64,000 nt of DNA from Giardia intestinalis (Eukaryota), in the NCBI GenBank assembly GCA_000002435.2, contig CM018793.1; one strand, 5' to 3'. Positions 54,458-64,000 of this stretch are shown piece by piece. The notes below the pieces were generated by a model. The model did no database searches and was not told the DNA's origin. It saw only the letters and a program-made list of their open reading frames with translations. Each line of letters starts with the position of its first letter. The first letter of the stretch is position 1. The translations under genes were made by a program, and so were the position numbers.

Positions 54458-57205
54458 ATGAAAGAAGGATCCCTGCATGACTTGGGGGAGCCCATAGAGC
54501 TGAGCGTTGTTTCGCAATATGCTGATAAACACGAGCCCCTACCTGGTGCTATTGGCGCAGGAGGACACCAGAACGCAAGTGGTGTGCATCACCAGATGGA
54601 TGTCTCTGTCCACACACTGACTTCAATATCTGCTGACCTGTATAATCATAACTCCTTTGGCAGAGAAAGAATTAACCCTGTCCCCACGCTTTCCTACGGG
54701 GAACGTCTTCCAGCGGCCTCCTCGGTTTCTGATAAATACCTGCGTCAAATCACAGGTTTCGATGCAAGCCAAGCTATGGATTTACCCGCGTTATCTGGGA
54801 ATCTGCCTGCTGTATCTTACCTTCCCTCTAGCACTCTTCCCTGCCTGCCCTTATCGGCTGCGAATATGGGTGTCTCTCAGATAGTTGAGAGAGCTGCATT
54901 CATTGCTCCCAGCAATTTGCAAGCTAATTCTGACCTGGGCCAGAATTACTCCAATGGCATATCTGTCCAATCCATTCCTCATATTCCTATCTCCGGACTG
55001 CTGCCGACAAAAGCACATGATTTTCCGAGGGATGGAACGCTATCTCCTGCATCATCAGATGACTCAGGTATTGGTAGTTCCTCTTTTCTGTGCTCGATGG
55101 ATCAGAGCTCGTGTCCTATCACAAGCACATCTAGCGCCTTTCAAAGCAGTCGCTCTCAGAGTGTGTCGCTTGCAGCTCCAGGGCCCATTCCCCCTTCAAC
55201 GCCTTCCTTAATATCTCGGTCTTTTTCCGGAGCATCTAGACCTAACATTTCAGCCAAGGACTTACAGACATCGGTTAGTTTGTCCTCGCAGACACGTAGT
55301 GCCACAAAGAGCTTCACTCTCCTAGGCGATTCACTTGGAGGTGCTCCGTCCCAGGATGGAAGCTCTACGCTAGTTGCTTCCGCCACTGTTTCGGAGCCAC
55401 GATCCCTGCGCAAAGCTACAACGCGGCGTGTCGAGTGTAGCATCAGAAAAACCACCACAGAGAGAGTGACGATTCGCGAGCTGCCAGCAGATGGCTATTG
55501 CTGGCGCAAGTATGGCTCCAAGCGTCTTCCGAACAACTCTCATCCCAAATCCTACTTCAGATGCTCTGTACCTGGATGTCAGGCAAAACGGTATGTCACC
55601 GAGACTGACAACAGGGTGCTCAAGACAGAGTACATTGGAGAGCACAATCATGGAAAGAGTTCCAGCACCACTCATGAAGCAACTAGTCTGGCGGACGTGT
55701 GCCGTCTTGCAGCCCTGGGCCAAAACTTCCTCATCAAGAGTGATTTGTCTCTAAGTGTACTGTCTAAAACTTTCCTTGACCTGGCAGTCCTTCTTCGGCC
55801 GAGCATCTTCAATAATGATTATTTAATCTTAAATGGCTTTGGATCCATAGTTTTGGATGACTCAGATAAGCGTTATCGAGATCCGATTAATGGTCACGAA
55901 ATTATTGAGATCTCAGACAGTATCTATCCTCTATCTGCACTGACGTCAATGGTCATGACTTTCTTCGCGAAAGGAGTTGAGCTCAGTAATGCGGTCAATC
56001 TGGCCATCACGCAATTGAACAAAAGTTTTCGTGAAAAAGCTATGTATGCAATCAGAAAGCAAGACAGTCGCGGTCGTAACCATTCGGATGATTCGTCCCT
56101 TGTGGCGATCCCCGGTGAAGATCCCTCCACAAAGGGTTCATCGGCCCATGCACCTCGTGGACGTAAGCTGATTATCTCGTGTAAGCTCCCTAGCTACGAT
56201 CAAATAGAATCCAGTATTGACTTTTTTCGATGGAAGAAGTACGGCCACAAGCCCCAAACAGACACTCGGCTCGATTCGAAGTCGTATTACCGCTGTGCGT
56301 TCTTTAACTGTCCGGCTCGTAGAACAATCACCTTTTTTTATTCCCTGAGCTCCGATGGTACCGAAACAGTTGAGTCCGTGATTGTGCAGTACGAGAATCA
56401 GCACACACACCCTCCTGATAGGACTAGGATACCCTACAAGGATTGCCTTAAACTCCTAAAAGCTCCAGATCACTTACCAATTCAGCCAATTAGGTCTCCT
56501 GACCATCCCATCTTTGCTAATCCCACGTCATACTTGGGTGTCACAGGGGTTACCGTTGCCCAGCGACCCGTGTTCACATCACTGACACCTCACATGACCG
56601 CACCTATTGGAGACCCTGCTGGCCACCATCCTATAGCCATGCAGCACGGAATGCCTGCGCAGGCATCACATGGAATCTCCGACATAAACACTGTCACACA
56701 CGGAGCTCAGCTGGTCTCCTCCATGCAGCGTAGCGACTCATTTGAGCGAACCTCCTGTCTACTTTTCCCCCGGGTAGATTCTATGGCACTTCAAGAAGGG
56801 TTGTCCGGGCTGCACACAGACCAGAGTCTCTACGGATGTGCTTCTGGGTCGCCAGGCTACGGAGCATCGTATCCGCTTGCTACACAGCCAGACTGCAGCA
56901 GCTACAGTCTCGTGCGCTCCAATTCGTTCTTATTTCTCAATCAGCTAGGCCAAGCTCAGTCACAGCTCGATCAGGTGATTGACGCAGGGCATTCGTCCAC
57001 AGTTGGTAGCTTCGGGTCTACCAGCAAAATCCCTTCGATTACGCCTCACTCAATTCACTCTTCGAACATGGAAAAGGATCTCCTCTCCTATTGCTCCACA
57101 ATCGTACGGGGGGATGAGAACATTAACTTGACGAATGCAGAGAATGAATCCATAAGCCGCATGCATGACACCTTGCTGGGCCCGATGGTTAACGTTTACT
57201 CTTGA
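54458..57205 (+). CDS. WRKY-family transcription factor with two WRKY domains, 915 aa
   Basis: ATG at 54458 with ctattagttaaaaagt upstream. Domain 1 is DGYCWRKYGSKRLPNNSHPKSYFRCSVPGCQAKRYVTE...EYIGEHNH, heptad WRKYGSK with a C-x4-C-x23-H-x-H zinc finger. Domain 2 is FFRWKKYGHKPQTDTRLDSKSYYRCAFFNCPARRTITF...VIVQYENQHTH, heptad WKKYGHK. The rest of the protein is Ser-rich low complexity. Confidence 0.8.
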   Translation: MKEGSLHDLGEPIELSVVSQYADKHEPLPGAIGAGGHQNASGVHHQMDVSVHTLTSISADLYNHNSFGRERINPVPTLSYGERLPAASSVSDKYLRQITGFDASQAMDLPALSGNLPAVSYLPSSTLPCLPLSAANMGVSQIVERAAFIAPSNLQANSDLGQNYSNGISVQSIPHIPISGLLPTKAHDFPRDGTLSPASSDDSGIGSSSFLCSMDQSSCPITSTSSAFQSSRSQSVSLAAPGPIPPSTPSLISRSFSGASRPNISAKDLQTSVSLSSQTRSATKSFTLLGDSLGGAPSQDGSSTLVASATVSEPRSLRKATTRRVECSIRKTTTERVTIRELPADGYCWRKYGSKRLPNNSHPKSYFRCSVPGCQAKRYVTETDNRVLKTEYIGEHNHGKSSSTTHEATSLADVCRLAALGQNFLIKSDLSLSVLSKTFLDLAVLLRPSIFNNDYLILNGFGSIVLDDSDKRYRDPINGHEIIEISDSIYPLSALTSMVMTFFAKGVELSNAVNLAITQLNKSFREKAMYAIRKQDSRGRNHSDDSSLVAIPGEDPSTKGSSAHAPRGRKLIISCKLPSYDQIESSIDFFRWKKYGHKPQTDTRLDSKSYYRCAFFNCPARRTITFFYSLSSDGTETVESVIVQYENQHTHPPDRTRIPYKDCLKLLKAPDHLPIQPIRSPDHPIFANPTSYLGVTGVTVAQRPVFTSLTPHMTAPIGDPAGHHPIAMQHGMPAQASHGISDINTVTHGAQLVSSMQRSDSFERTSCLLFPRVDSMALQEGLSGLHTDQSLYGCASGSPGYGASYPLATQPDCSSYSLVRSNSFLFLNQLGQAQSQLDQVIDAGHSSTVGSFGSTSKIPSITPHSIHSSNMEKDLLSYCSTIVRGDENINLTNAENESISRMHDTLLGPMVNVYS

Positions 57206-57234
57206 CGCTTCAATGTTTAGACCCATAGTTTATT

Positions 57235-57241
57235 AGTAAAC
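57235..57241 (+). promoter_or_regulatory. AGTAAAC poly(A) signal 30 nt downstream of the WRKY TGA stop, inside the 53-bp spacer to the next gene's ATG
   Basis: tattAGTAAACcttaaaacc. The same AT-rich stretch doubles as the upstream element of the gene starting at 57259. Confidence 0.4.
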
Positions 57242-57258
57242 CTTAAAACCACACGTCT

Positions 57259-60200
57259 ATGGAGCCACGCTACTCCTGCTTTGTAAAGACTGGCATTTGC
57301 AGTGCCGGTCTACTTGAGACGGGGTCATCCGTCGAAAGCTTTCTGATCACCACAGCTGCGGGCACGCTCTCTGTATTGACGCCAGATTCGTCTGGGTCTT
57401 ACCGTTCTAAACCCTTAGAATTTGACCCTCAGAAAGTTGTGGCAGCAACGCCAGCGCTAAGGCCAAACAGTGCCTTTCTGGATTTGGCCTTTTCGGCTAG
57501 TTCTTCTGGGGTCATGTCCGTCAATCTTTCCGAAGATTGCCTCTACACGGTTAATGACCTCGTGTGTGATGCAACCCTTTTATCCGCTGTTTCTATGTGC
57601 CGACTCACCACTGCGGAAAGATGCTTTGTTTCCATGCTACGCAAGAATAAGTCTAATGTGGCCAGTGCGATTCCACCCCTAGTCCTCCTAGCCCAGCAGT
57701 GCAATGTTTCAGCGTATAGGATACCAACTACCGCTAGCCTGACGCAAAATCAAACAGAAACTTTCTGGGTTCCCACGGGAGACGTTGTGGTGCACATGGC
57801 CACCTTTTTACCACTAGCCTCTCACCTGAAGATGAGTGAGGGTGATTCGGAAGTAGACGAGGCTGAGCTAGATTACTTTGTGGTTTCACGGGATCGGTAT
57901 GGGCGTTACTTTCGTGGAGAAGAGCTTTTAGCAGAAAAGCGGCTCCCAACCCATGTCCTTCGCATGAAGACATTGGGCCGGTTTATTCTCTTGTTTCTAG
58001 CAGACCACTCCCTCTATCTCTTGTACCTTAATGAAGTGTCAATACTTCAACTGCATAGATTCCCTAGTGATTGTTCGCTGATCGATGCGTGTCTCCTCGA
58101 AAAGCCATCCAGCAACATCTTACTAGAAAAGCGTCCACTTTCCACTAGTACATCCTTCAAAGCCCTCGAAGCAAAGACAATAGAAGAGAGCTTTGACCTA
58201 AATCCCACCACAGCGAGCACTAGTAAAACTGCAAACAGATCAACTGCCGATGGAATACCACTAATAGTGAAGCTCCAGCTTACCAAGATTACATTTAGTG
58301 TGCTCACGTTCCACCCCACTGCTGTGGACAGAGGCATGCCTTCAGTCATGGAGCTACCAATCCACGACTTCCCCATTGCGCTTCCTGTTACAGAAACTGC
58401 ATTGTCCACGAAATCAGTTAAATGTACGATCGACTCCGGCACCTTGTCCGCTTTACCAGACAAGTCGCTGCTGTGGATCATTGCTAGCGACACCCTTCTT
58501 ACTTTTTCTGTTAGGGTATTTACTGACATTTATTCTATGCTACTAGCGTATAACTTCAGAGGACATATCTGCAATTCAAGCCACGATTTTTCGCAATCCA
58601 ATGACGTGCACGATGCAATGCATTTGCTCGCCAAGAAGCGCACACTGATGGCTCAGTTGCAACTTTTGCGGCAACAACAAGTGTCCAACTCTGCACAAGA
58701 GTCTTGTACTGACGCCGACAAGGATCAGGGGAACGATGGTTCCAGGGAATATACATTTGGAGACCTGCTCCGTGAAGCACGATTGTTGGGTATTTATTGC
58801 GCAGATGTAGAGTCTCGTTCGATGCTCCTTTCACTGAACTGCTCTCCTGGCCACTACCTAATTAAAGTCGCCCTTCCTGAGCAACTATTTGTACACAGTT
58901 TTGCTATATTAGATCCTAATACTGGAGCTGCGAAATCAGTATTTGCACCACTTAACGTTAGAGATGCTAGTTCTGAATTCAGAAAGATCTGCTGCGGTTC
59001 TGGAGACAGCTCCGTCGCAGCGTCTCTGGGGCCTATTGTACGCGATAGTAGTCTGCACATGTCGACACGGTTCTTAAATATGGAGCATCGTATCCAGCAT
59101 GCGCTGCTTCTCAATGGACATGATCATGCAATAGATGTGGTCAACGACACGACGGTCATGGAAATAGACAAGGTCCGCAACGTCTTTCTTTCTGAGCTAG
59201 CTCGAACTCATCTTTCAGAGAAGTATACCACATCTCTTCCATCCTCTCACCATATCTCACATCACCTTAACAAAAACGCACAGCCAGAGTCAATTGTGGA
59301 ATTACCTATCTCGTCAGACATCATTGAAGAATATGCTGGATCAACTATTATCCTGCAACTAGCAGTAACACAGACTAATTTATCCTCGGCAACTCATGGC
59401 ATTTCAATCCCAATTTCCGTAAGCCTGCCAGTGTGTCCAATGATGCGCCTCTGTTCCAGTTCCTTTTGCAGTACATTGGCCTCCTTTGAAGGGGGATCTT
59501 TGATGGTTCTCTTGGAAGAAGTCGCGAGTCTGACAATGAACTTTAACAACTATAAGATTTTAAGCACCAAACTGGCGGACATTCTTTGCAAGCCTATTCT
59601 TATAGCACTGCCAGACGATCACGATGCCCTTGATGGCAAGTTAGAGCAAGCTAACGAATTTGTTTTCTTTGTGGAGAGTTGTAACTCAACAAGTCTTCTA
59701 CAGCTCCTCTCTGAAGCGTCCGATGATGATCTACCCCTTCCCAAATTGTTAGGCTACTCCGTGGAAAGCAAGTCACTGGGCCTCCTAGCAAAGACTAGAA
59801 TAGCCACAGTGTTTAGAGTACATTGCTTCTTTGAGAATCTTCAACTTACCAAGGTGCGGCTATCTGGATTAGACATCACTCTCTTAATAAGCTTTGCGCA
59901 GAAACTTGCAACTGTATTGCTTCCTAACGGAGCGGATGTGACCTTGTTTCGTGAATTGTGCTCATCACTCAGATTTAGCCCTAAGGCGCGCTCTTTCTTG
60001 ACTGCAGTCAGGTCTATGTACAGAAGCTCTCAGAATCAATTAGGGCATGTTTCTGCCGGGCTTTCCGAGCTTTCGTCTCGCATGCTTCTCGACTGCGACC
60101 AAACTCTCGATCTCACCAGTGTGTGCTTTTATCGAAGAGCCTTAGATCAGCTTCAGCATCTTAAAAATAGCATACGTATTACTATTAAGCAAGCTCTGGA

Positions 60201-60354
60201 CGCACAGGAAGCCAATAAAGCTTTTGGTTATTGCCAGGCATACCTAGACTCACTAGAAGCATCTCTCTTATTTATCAACAGCTCCAAGGTAGATGACATC
60301 AAAGCGTGGATGAACTCAGACAGCAGTCCAGCCGTTTTAGAGTGGGGCGAGTGA
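57259..60354 (+). CDS. Hypothetical protein, 1031 aa
   Basis: ATG at 57259. The long ORF has a typical start context. No domain was recognised by eye. Its stop codon lies 1 nt from the stop of the convergent NIF3 gene. Confidence 0.45.
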   Translation: MEPRYSCFVKTGICSAGLLETGSSVESFLITTAAGTLSVLTPDSSGSYRSKPLEFDPQKVVAATPALRPNSAFLDLAFSASSSGVMSVNLSEDCLYTVNDLVCDATLLSAVSMCRLTTAERCFVSMLRKNKSNVASAIPPLVLLAQQCNVSAYRIPTTASLTQNQTETFWVPTGDVVVHMATFLPLASHLKMSEGDSEVDEAELDYFVVSRDRYGRYFRGEELLAEKRLPTHVLRMKTLGRFILLFLADHSLYLLYLNEVSILQLHRFPSDCSLIDACLLEKPSSNILLEKRPLSTSTSFKALEAKTIEESFDLNPTTASTSKTANRSTADGIPLIVKLQLTKITFSVLTFHPTAVDRGMPSVMELPIHDFPIALPVTETALSTKSVKCTIDSGTLSALPDKSLLWIIASDTLLTFSVRVFTDIYSMLLAYNFRGHICNSSHDFSQSNDVHDAMHLLAKKRTLMAQLQLLRQQQVSNSAQESCTDADKDQGNDGSREYTFGDLLREARLLGIYCADVESRSMLLSLNCSPGHYLIKVALPEQLFVHSFAILDPNTGAAKSVFAPLNVRDASSEFRKICCGSGDSSVAASLGPIVRDSSLHMSTRFLNMEHRIQHALLLNGHDHAIDVVNDTTVMEIDKVRNVFLSELARTHLSEKYTTSLPSSHHISHHLNKNAQPESIVELPISSDIIEEYAGSTIILQLAVTQTNLSSATHGISIPISVSLPVCPMMRLCSSSFCSTLASFEGGSLMVLLEEVASLTMNFNNYKILSTKLADILCKPILIALPDDHDALDGKLEQANEFVFFVESCNSTSLLQLLSEASDDDLPLPKLLGYSVESKSLGLLAKTRIATVFRVHCFFENLQLTKVRLSGLDITLLISFAQKLATVLLPNGADVTLFRELCSSLRFSPKARSFLTAVRSMYRSSQNQLGHVSAGLSELSSRMLLDCDQTLDLTSVCFYRRALDQLQHLKNSIRITIKQALDAQEANKAFGYCQAYLDSLEASLLFINSSKVDDIKAWMNSDSSPAVLEWGE

Positions 60355-60355
60355 A

Positions 60356-61162
60356 CTAAACATCACACACTATAGAGACATGCTCTACTGTTATAGAAAG
60401 CTGCTTAGAAATGAGGTCCCCGATAGCCCATAGGCCTGGCTGTTCCGATCTCCAATGGCCCAGCGCTGCCATGCTAATCCCCCGGTCCCGCGCAGTAGAG
60501 ATAGCGCTCTCCTTGGGCTCTCCAAATATAAATAAATCCACGTCTTCTATCTCGTCAATCAGGCCTGAAGAGCCTCCAGAACAAATATAGACGCGCTTTG
60601 GTGGGCTATTAATTGCAAAGGAAGAATTAAACGGCCAAACTCTTGTACCGTAAAACGTCGACGAACAAAGATCATTTTGTTGAGGAGTGCGTGTATCCAC
60701 CTCGTAGGCCCTCCTATCACAAAACTCGCTCAACCTTCGTATTATCTCCAATCCAGACAGATTGCCGGGATTTTCACAGTAGCAGCCGCACGAGTAAAAC
60801 TTCTCCAGCAGAAGCCCCGCAGCCTTACAGAGCTGGGCATTGTGTCCAATAATAGGATGAGCATCCATCGGGAGGTGATATGCAAATAGGTTTATGTCAT
60901 GTTTGAGGAGAGGAGTCAACCGCTTCTTTATCGAATCGGTTACTCGAAGGAATGATTTCCCAAAGAACCCATGATGCACAAGTATTGCATCAGCGTTTCT
61001 ATGGACAGCTTCTGCGATAAGGTCACCACAGAGGGACACACCTGTCACCAAGGTCCTAATTTCCTTTCTTCCTTCTACCTGGAGTCCGTTGTACTGACCA
61101 TCTGGCTGCTCTTCATACACCTCCGACAGAAACTGCAACAACTGGTCTCTGGAAACTGACAT
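60356..61162 (-). CDS. NIF3-family (DUF34, dinuclear metal centre) protein, 268 aa
   Basis: ATG at 61162 with cattgtaaataaaaggatagcat upstream. NIF3 signatures: ADAILVHHGFF (HHP-type metal site), LFAYHLPMDAHPIIGHNAQL and AALGHWRSEQPG (C-terminal His/Glu metal ligands). Confidence 0.7.
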   Translation of the reverse strand: MSVSRDQLLQFLSEVYEEQPDGQYNGLQVEGRKEIRTLVTGVSLCGDLIAEAVHRNADAILVHHGFFGKSFLRVTDSIKKRLTPLLKHDINLFAYHLPMDAHPIIGHNAQLCKAAGLLLEKFYSCGCYCENPGNLSGLEIIRRLSEFCDRRAYEVDTRTPQQNDLCSSTFYGTRVWPFNSSFAINSPPKRVYICSGGSSGLIDEIEDVDLFIFGEPKESAISTARDRGISMAALGHWRSEQPGLWAIGDLISKQLSITVEHVSIVCDV

Positions 61163-64000
61163 ATGCTATCCTTTTATTTACAATGTGTCGTTTGAACGTA
61201 TTTTTCTATGAAAACTGAAGTTACAATACAATGTGTCCCTAGGAGAGGCGCCCGCCGCCCTCTGCCGTCTGCCCCGTGGGCCTCTCGAGTGCCCGCGAGG
61301 CGATCCGGCTAGCGTGTCCGCGCCCCTTACGTAGGCAGGGATTCTCGCCGTCTCTGTCCCGCCGCCCTGGGCACCAGCACAGGGTCGCTTGCTGCGCCAT
61401 CGTTGGTGCCTCTCCCGTGCCGAGCCAGGAGCACTGCAACCGCTGCAGCCTCTGTGTCAGGGCGGCCCGCACTGTTTTGTGGGTCCTCCTATGAGGTGCA
61501 AGCCGCGTGGGTGCCCTGATCGAGGTCGGCTAGCTGATCGGAAGCCTGAAGCCGGAATGACAGGCGCTCACAGTCTTCGACAGCTTTTGGTTCTGCTACT
61601 AGGGACAGATACCCACGATGACTATGCCCCCATCAGTTCGAATACAGTTGGCTGCGTTGTGGCCACGTCGTCAGCGTGTATCGGCTGGGCCCCTCAGAAG
61701 CTAAGAGTCTCGTCCAGAGCCCTTTCATCTCTATTTTGTTTCCAGTACTACTCCTGGAAGTCTACTAGCCCTTTGTCATGGTTAATGTGCAATGTTTCTA
61801 AGCTCTCAAGTCGTGGGACAGCCCGAGCACTCCTTGCCTTTCCCACTTCCTAGCAGGTTCACAAGCTGAGTTAGAGACGGCCGATTCTCCTGGCCCACAA
61901 CTAATAGACGCTGTACTAGCTCTACTCAGCTGCGCCTTCGGCTCTGTTTAGGCCAAGCTCCCAGTTCCCTGGAGGGACACCCTCATTCCCCATATCTTTA
62001 ATAAAGGCTAGAGCATTCATAGCCATACGTTCATGTAAAATATAACGCATGCTCCAAATACTCGAGGTGGTTATGCCCTTTCCTACTCCATGCCCCCGGG
62101 ACTGTATGCATTAGCATGACTTCAAAATATGCTCTGTTGAGCCTATCTTTTGGAGCACAGAAAACTAAAAGAACGGAGCCATGTTTTCGCCATGATCGAA
62201 CTCGGTTACGACTAGATATACTGTACTGCGACAGAGGAAAGCTCTCCATTAGAGTGTCTTTTCTCAGACACGTGAAATGCGCCATCAGAGCCGAAATCCG
62301 ACGAACCATCTCGAGGGCTTTGGCCTCTTGGATGGCCATTCTCCACTGTCTGAAGAACCTTATTGCGTCTTTAAGAGCAGACTTATAACATTGCATGCAC
62401 AGGCAAAAGGTTCTTTGTTGTGCAATACCTGTTTGTATTCAAAGGGATGTAAAGGCTTGAAGAGCTGCATAGTACACAGGTCGGCCTCAGTGGCGTCCGG
62501 AATAATCCCCTTCAATTAGATACCCCTACCTACCTCGTCCAATGTGTCTTTCAATGCATAAACAGTTCTATACAATCCTTTGCCAATCACTATAGCCAGC
62601 TTAATCATCGGATCATCACTCGTTTCAGTTTTCTCAGACATTTTTAGTTGATACTCGATGAGCTGACCTAATTGGTAGTGCCAAAGGTAGCATGAAGTTT
62701 GTCTGCTTTGCATATGGAAGGATCTGTTATATCCTTACAGAATTTGGCAGTGCAATGTATAATTACCAACAAGGATCTGTAAAGCAAATAGTCACAAGTT
62801 TTGAAGGATTTAGCAAGACTAAAAGTCACTCTCAGACCTCAACTTGAGTATAAGTGATGATCCTATCGAGAACTAAAGGTCCATAAACGTAACGGAACAG
62901 GCGAATAGTCCGATAATTATTTCTTCTTGAAACGACAGATTTTTTCATGCTTCTAAGTGATTAAACTAAAGACAAATTCTAGGCTAAATAAGAGCCCCGG
63001 AATCCCTTGAAGCATAAGCTATCCTATTACTGGGTTATTATAGAATCTAACTAACTCTAGTACTGTGGAATGGCAACCAGGTTTAAAGTAAGGGAAGATC
63101 TATGTGCTTACAGACTTTAGGCCCACGGGATAGGGGTAGCAAATCATATATTTGAAGCTAATTGTTTGCCATCTTATCTTCTAGCTGATTCACAGTAATG
63201 TGTATCCTTCGCACCGCAAATGGTTTCTAGTATCAAGAAAATGCATAGCAACTCTACCGGGCTACAGCTAAAATAAAGCAAGAAGCAAAGTCCACGGATA
63301 TATGCCCAACTATACATAGTTATCATAATTGGCTAGGGCCTCGCGGATTACACAGTGCCTTTGCGATGTGCAAGATAACATCGTATAGTAATGTGCACTC
63401 ATCCATAAAGTAGCACGCATTATTTGTACATATTGATGTAGCAGGGCCTGGTATCTCCAATTATCCGGATAGCTTTCTAACTCGACTAGTAATAAGTTGC
63501 AATATCTTTATTCTTCGCCAAATGGCCAGCATTTTCTGAGGGTCTAGACCAGGAATAGTGAAGTCAGCATTCAATTGAGTACTTGTACACTGCACATAGG
63601 GTGGGTTGGTCTCTACGCATCCAAAGTTTGTAGCGGAAACTCATTGCGTAACTATCTAAGAATCCTATGCAAAATCGATAGCTCTTAACGCAGATAGGCT
63701 ATCTTTTCAAATCTACAAATCGCTAAGATCCCCTTTCTAAAATCTTCGACATCACAGACCCCATGCCAGGCAGCAAACCTTGTGCTACATAATATGAGAG
63801 CCTCTAGGATGTGTAAACACCTGTGCGGCTACAGCGACGTATCTCCATTCACAGGTGCCAGTAGAACCGATGGACACTGGTGAAGCATATCGGTGGGTGG
63901 AAGATGTAGTGAGTCAGGCATTCTGTATACTGTCATTCACCACAGCTCCCGTAGTGAGCCATGGGGAGCCTGAAGACTGGTGCTCTATGGCGGCGTGAGT
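61163..64000. other. ~2.8-kb region without a credible protein-coding ORF; contains a ~300-bp GC-rich island (about 61240-61560) followed by AT-richer sequence
   Basis: All six frames were read. The longest ORFs are 154 aa (61389..61853 +, an Arg/Pro/Cys-rich translation of GC-rich DNA) and 121 aa (62031..62396 -). Nothing runs off the right edge for more than ~30 codons. This contrasts with over 95% coding density in the preceding 61 kb. Confidence 0.5.
62031..62396 (-). CDS. Possible small ORF (121 aa), questionable
   Basis: The ATG at 62396 is a true ATG (MQCYKSALKDAIRFFRQWRMAIQEAKALEMVRRISALMAHF...). The start context is only moderately AT-rich and there is no similarity to anything I recognise. 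It may instead be a fragment of a decayed gene. Confidence 0.15.
   Translation of the reverse strand: MQCYKSALKDAIRFFRQWRMAIQEAKALEMVRRISALMAHFTCLRKDTLMESFPLSQYSISSRNRVRSWRKHGSVLLVFCAPKDRLNRAYFEVMLMHTVPGAWSRKGHNHLEYLEHALYFT

Noticed and set aside
61389-61853. 154-aa plus-strand ORF in the GC-rich island
   Set aside because: The translation is Arg/Pro/Cys/Gly-rich and low complexity, typical of a spurious ORF in GC-rich DNA. It has no AT-rich start context. The island is better considered as candidate non-coding sequence.
63110-63610. Isolated TAGGG and TAGGGG pentamers (the Giardia telomere repeat unit)
   Set aside because: They are single copies at chance frequency, not a tandem array. There is no evidence that this is a telomere-proximal junction.
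1-64000. Prokaryotic-style features (operons, CRISPR arrays, RBS, rho-independent terminators)
   Set aside because: The sequence is eukaryotic: ribosomal proteins uL4/uS14, dynein, ankyrin, WRKY and annexin are present, and the tRNA has no encoded CCA. No direct-repeat/spacer arrays are present.

Overview
The window is a gene-dense, intron-poor eukaryotic nuclear segment. Its features point to Giardia intestinalis (diplomonad): an alpha-giardin (annexin), CxxC-rich 'high cysteine membrane proteins', ankyrin 'protein 21.1'-type genes, degenerate NEK-type kinases, a two-domain WRKY factor, and very short AT-rich stretches directly upstream of ATGs with AGTRAAY-type signals at or just after stop codons. 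GC content looks roughly 50% by eye; I did not compute it. I call 25 protein-coding genes (one truncated at the left edge and missed by the ORF track) and one tRNA-Arg(UCU). Notable calls are ribosomal proteins uL4 (RPL4) and uS14 (RPS29) head-to-head, a contiguous 5117-aa dynein heavy chain, an ESCRT-III (Snf7-family) protein, a WKF/C7orf50-like protein, a copine-type vWA protein, a NIF3-family protein, an LRR type-I membrane protein, a cluster of three cysteine-rich membrane protein genes and a 2617-aa multi-pass membrane protein of unknown type. The ORF track treats GTG/TTG as start codons (shown as M), so I re-anchored several starts to the first in-frame ATG. The points most worth follow-up are these: (1) a cysteine-rich membrane protein whose N-terminal half is a periodic hydrophobic-GG-hydrophobic repeat domain, solenoid-like and reminiscent of Chlamydia Pmp-type repeats, fused to a CxxC stalk; (2) extreme gene packing, with convergent CDS overlaps of 80 and 48 bp, stop codons 1 nt apart, a 12-nt perfect palindrome AGTAAATTTACT that could serve as a poly(A) signal for both convergent neighbours, and shared divergent spacers of 28 to 75 bp; (3) a tRNA wedged 9 and 51 nt from two convergent CDS ends; (4) two catalytically dead kinase domains; (5) an anomalous final ~2.8 kb (61163-64000) with no credible ORF and a ~300-bp GC-rich island. 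All homology calls are by-eye motif recognition and need BLAST/HMM confirmation.
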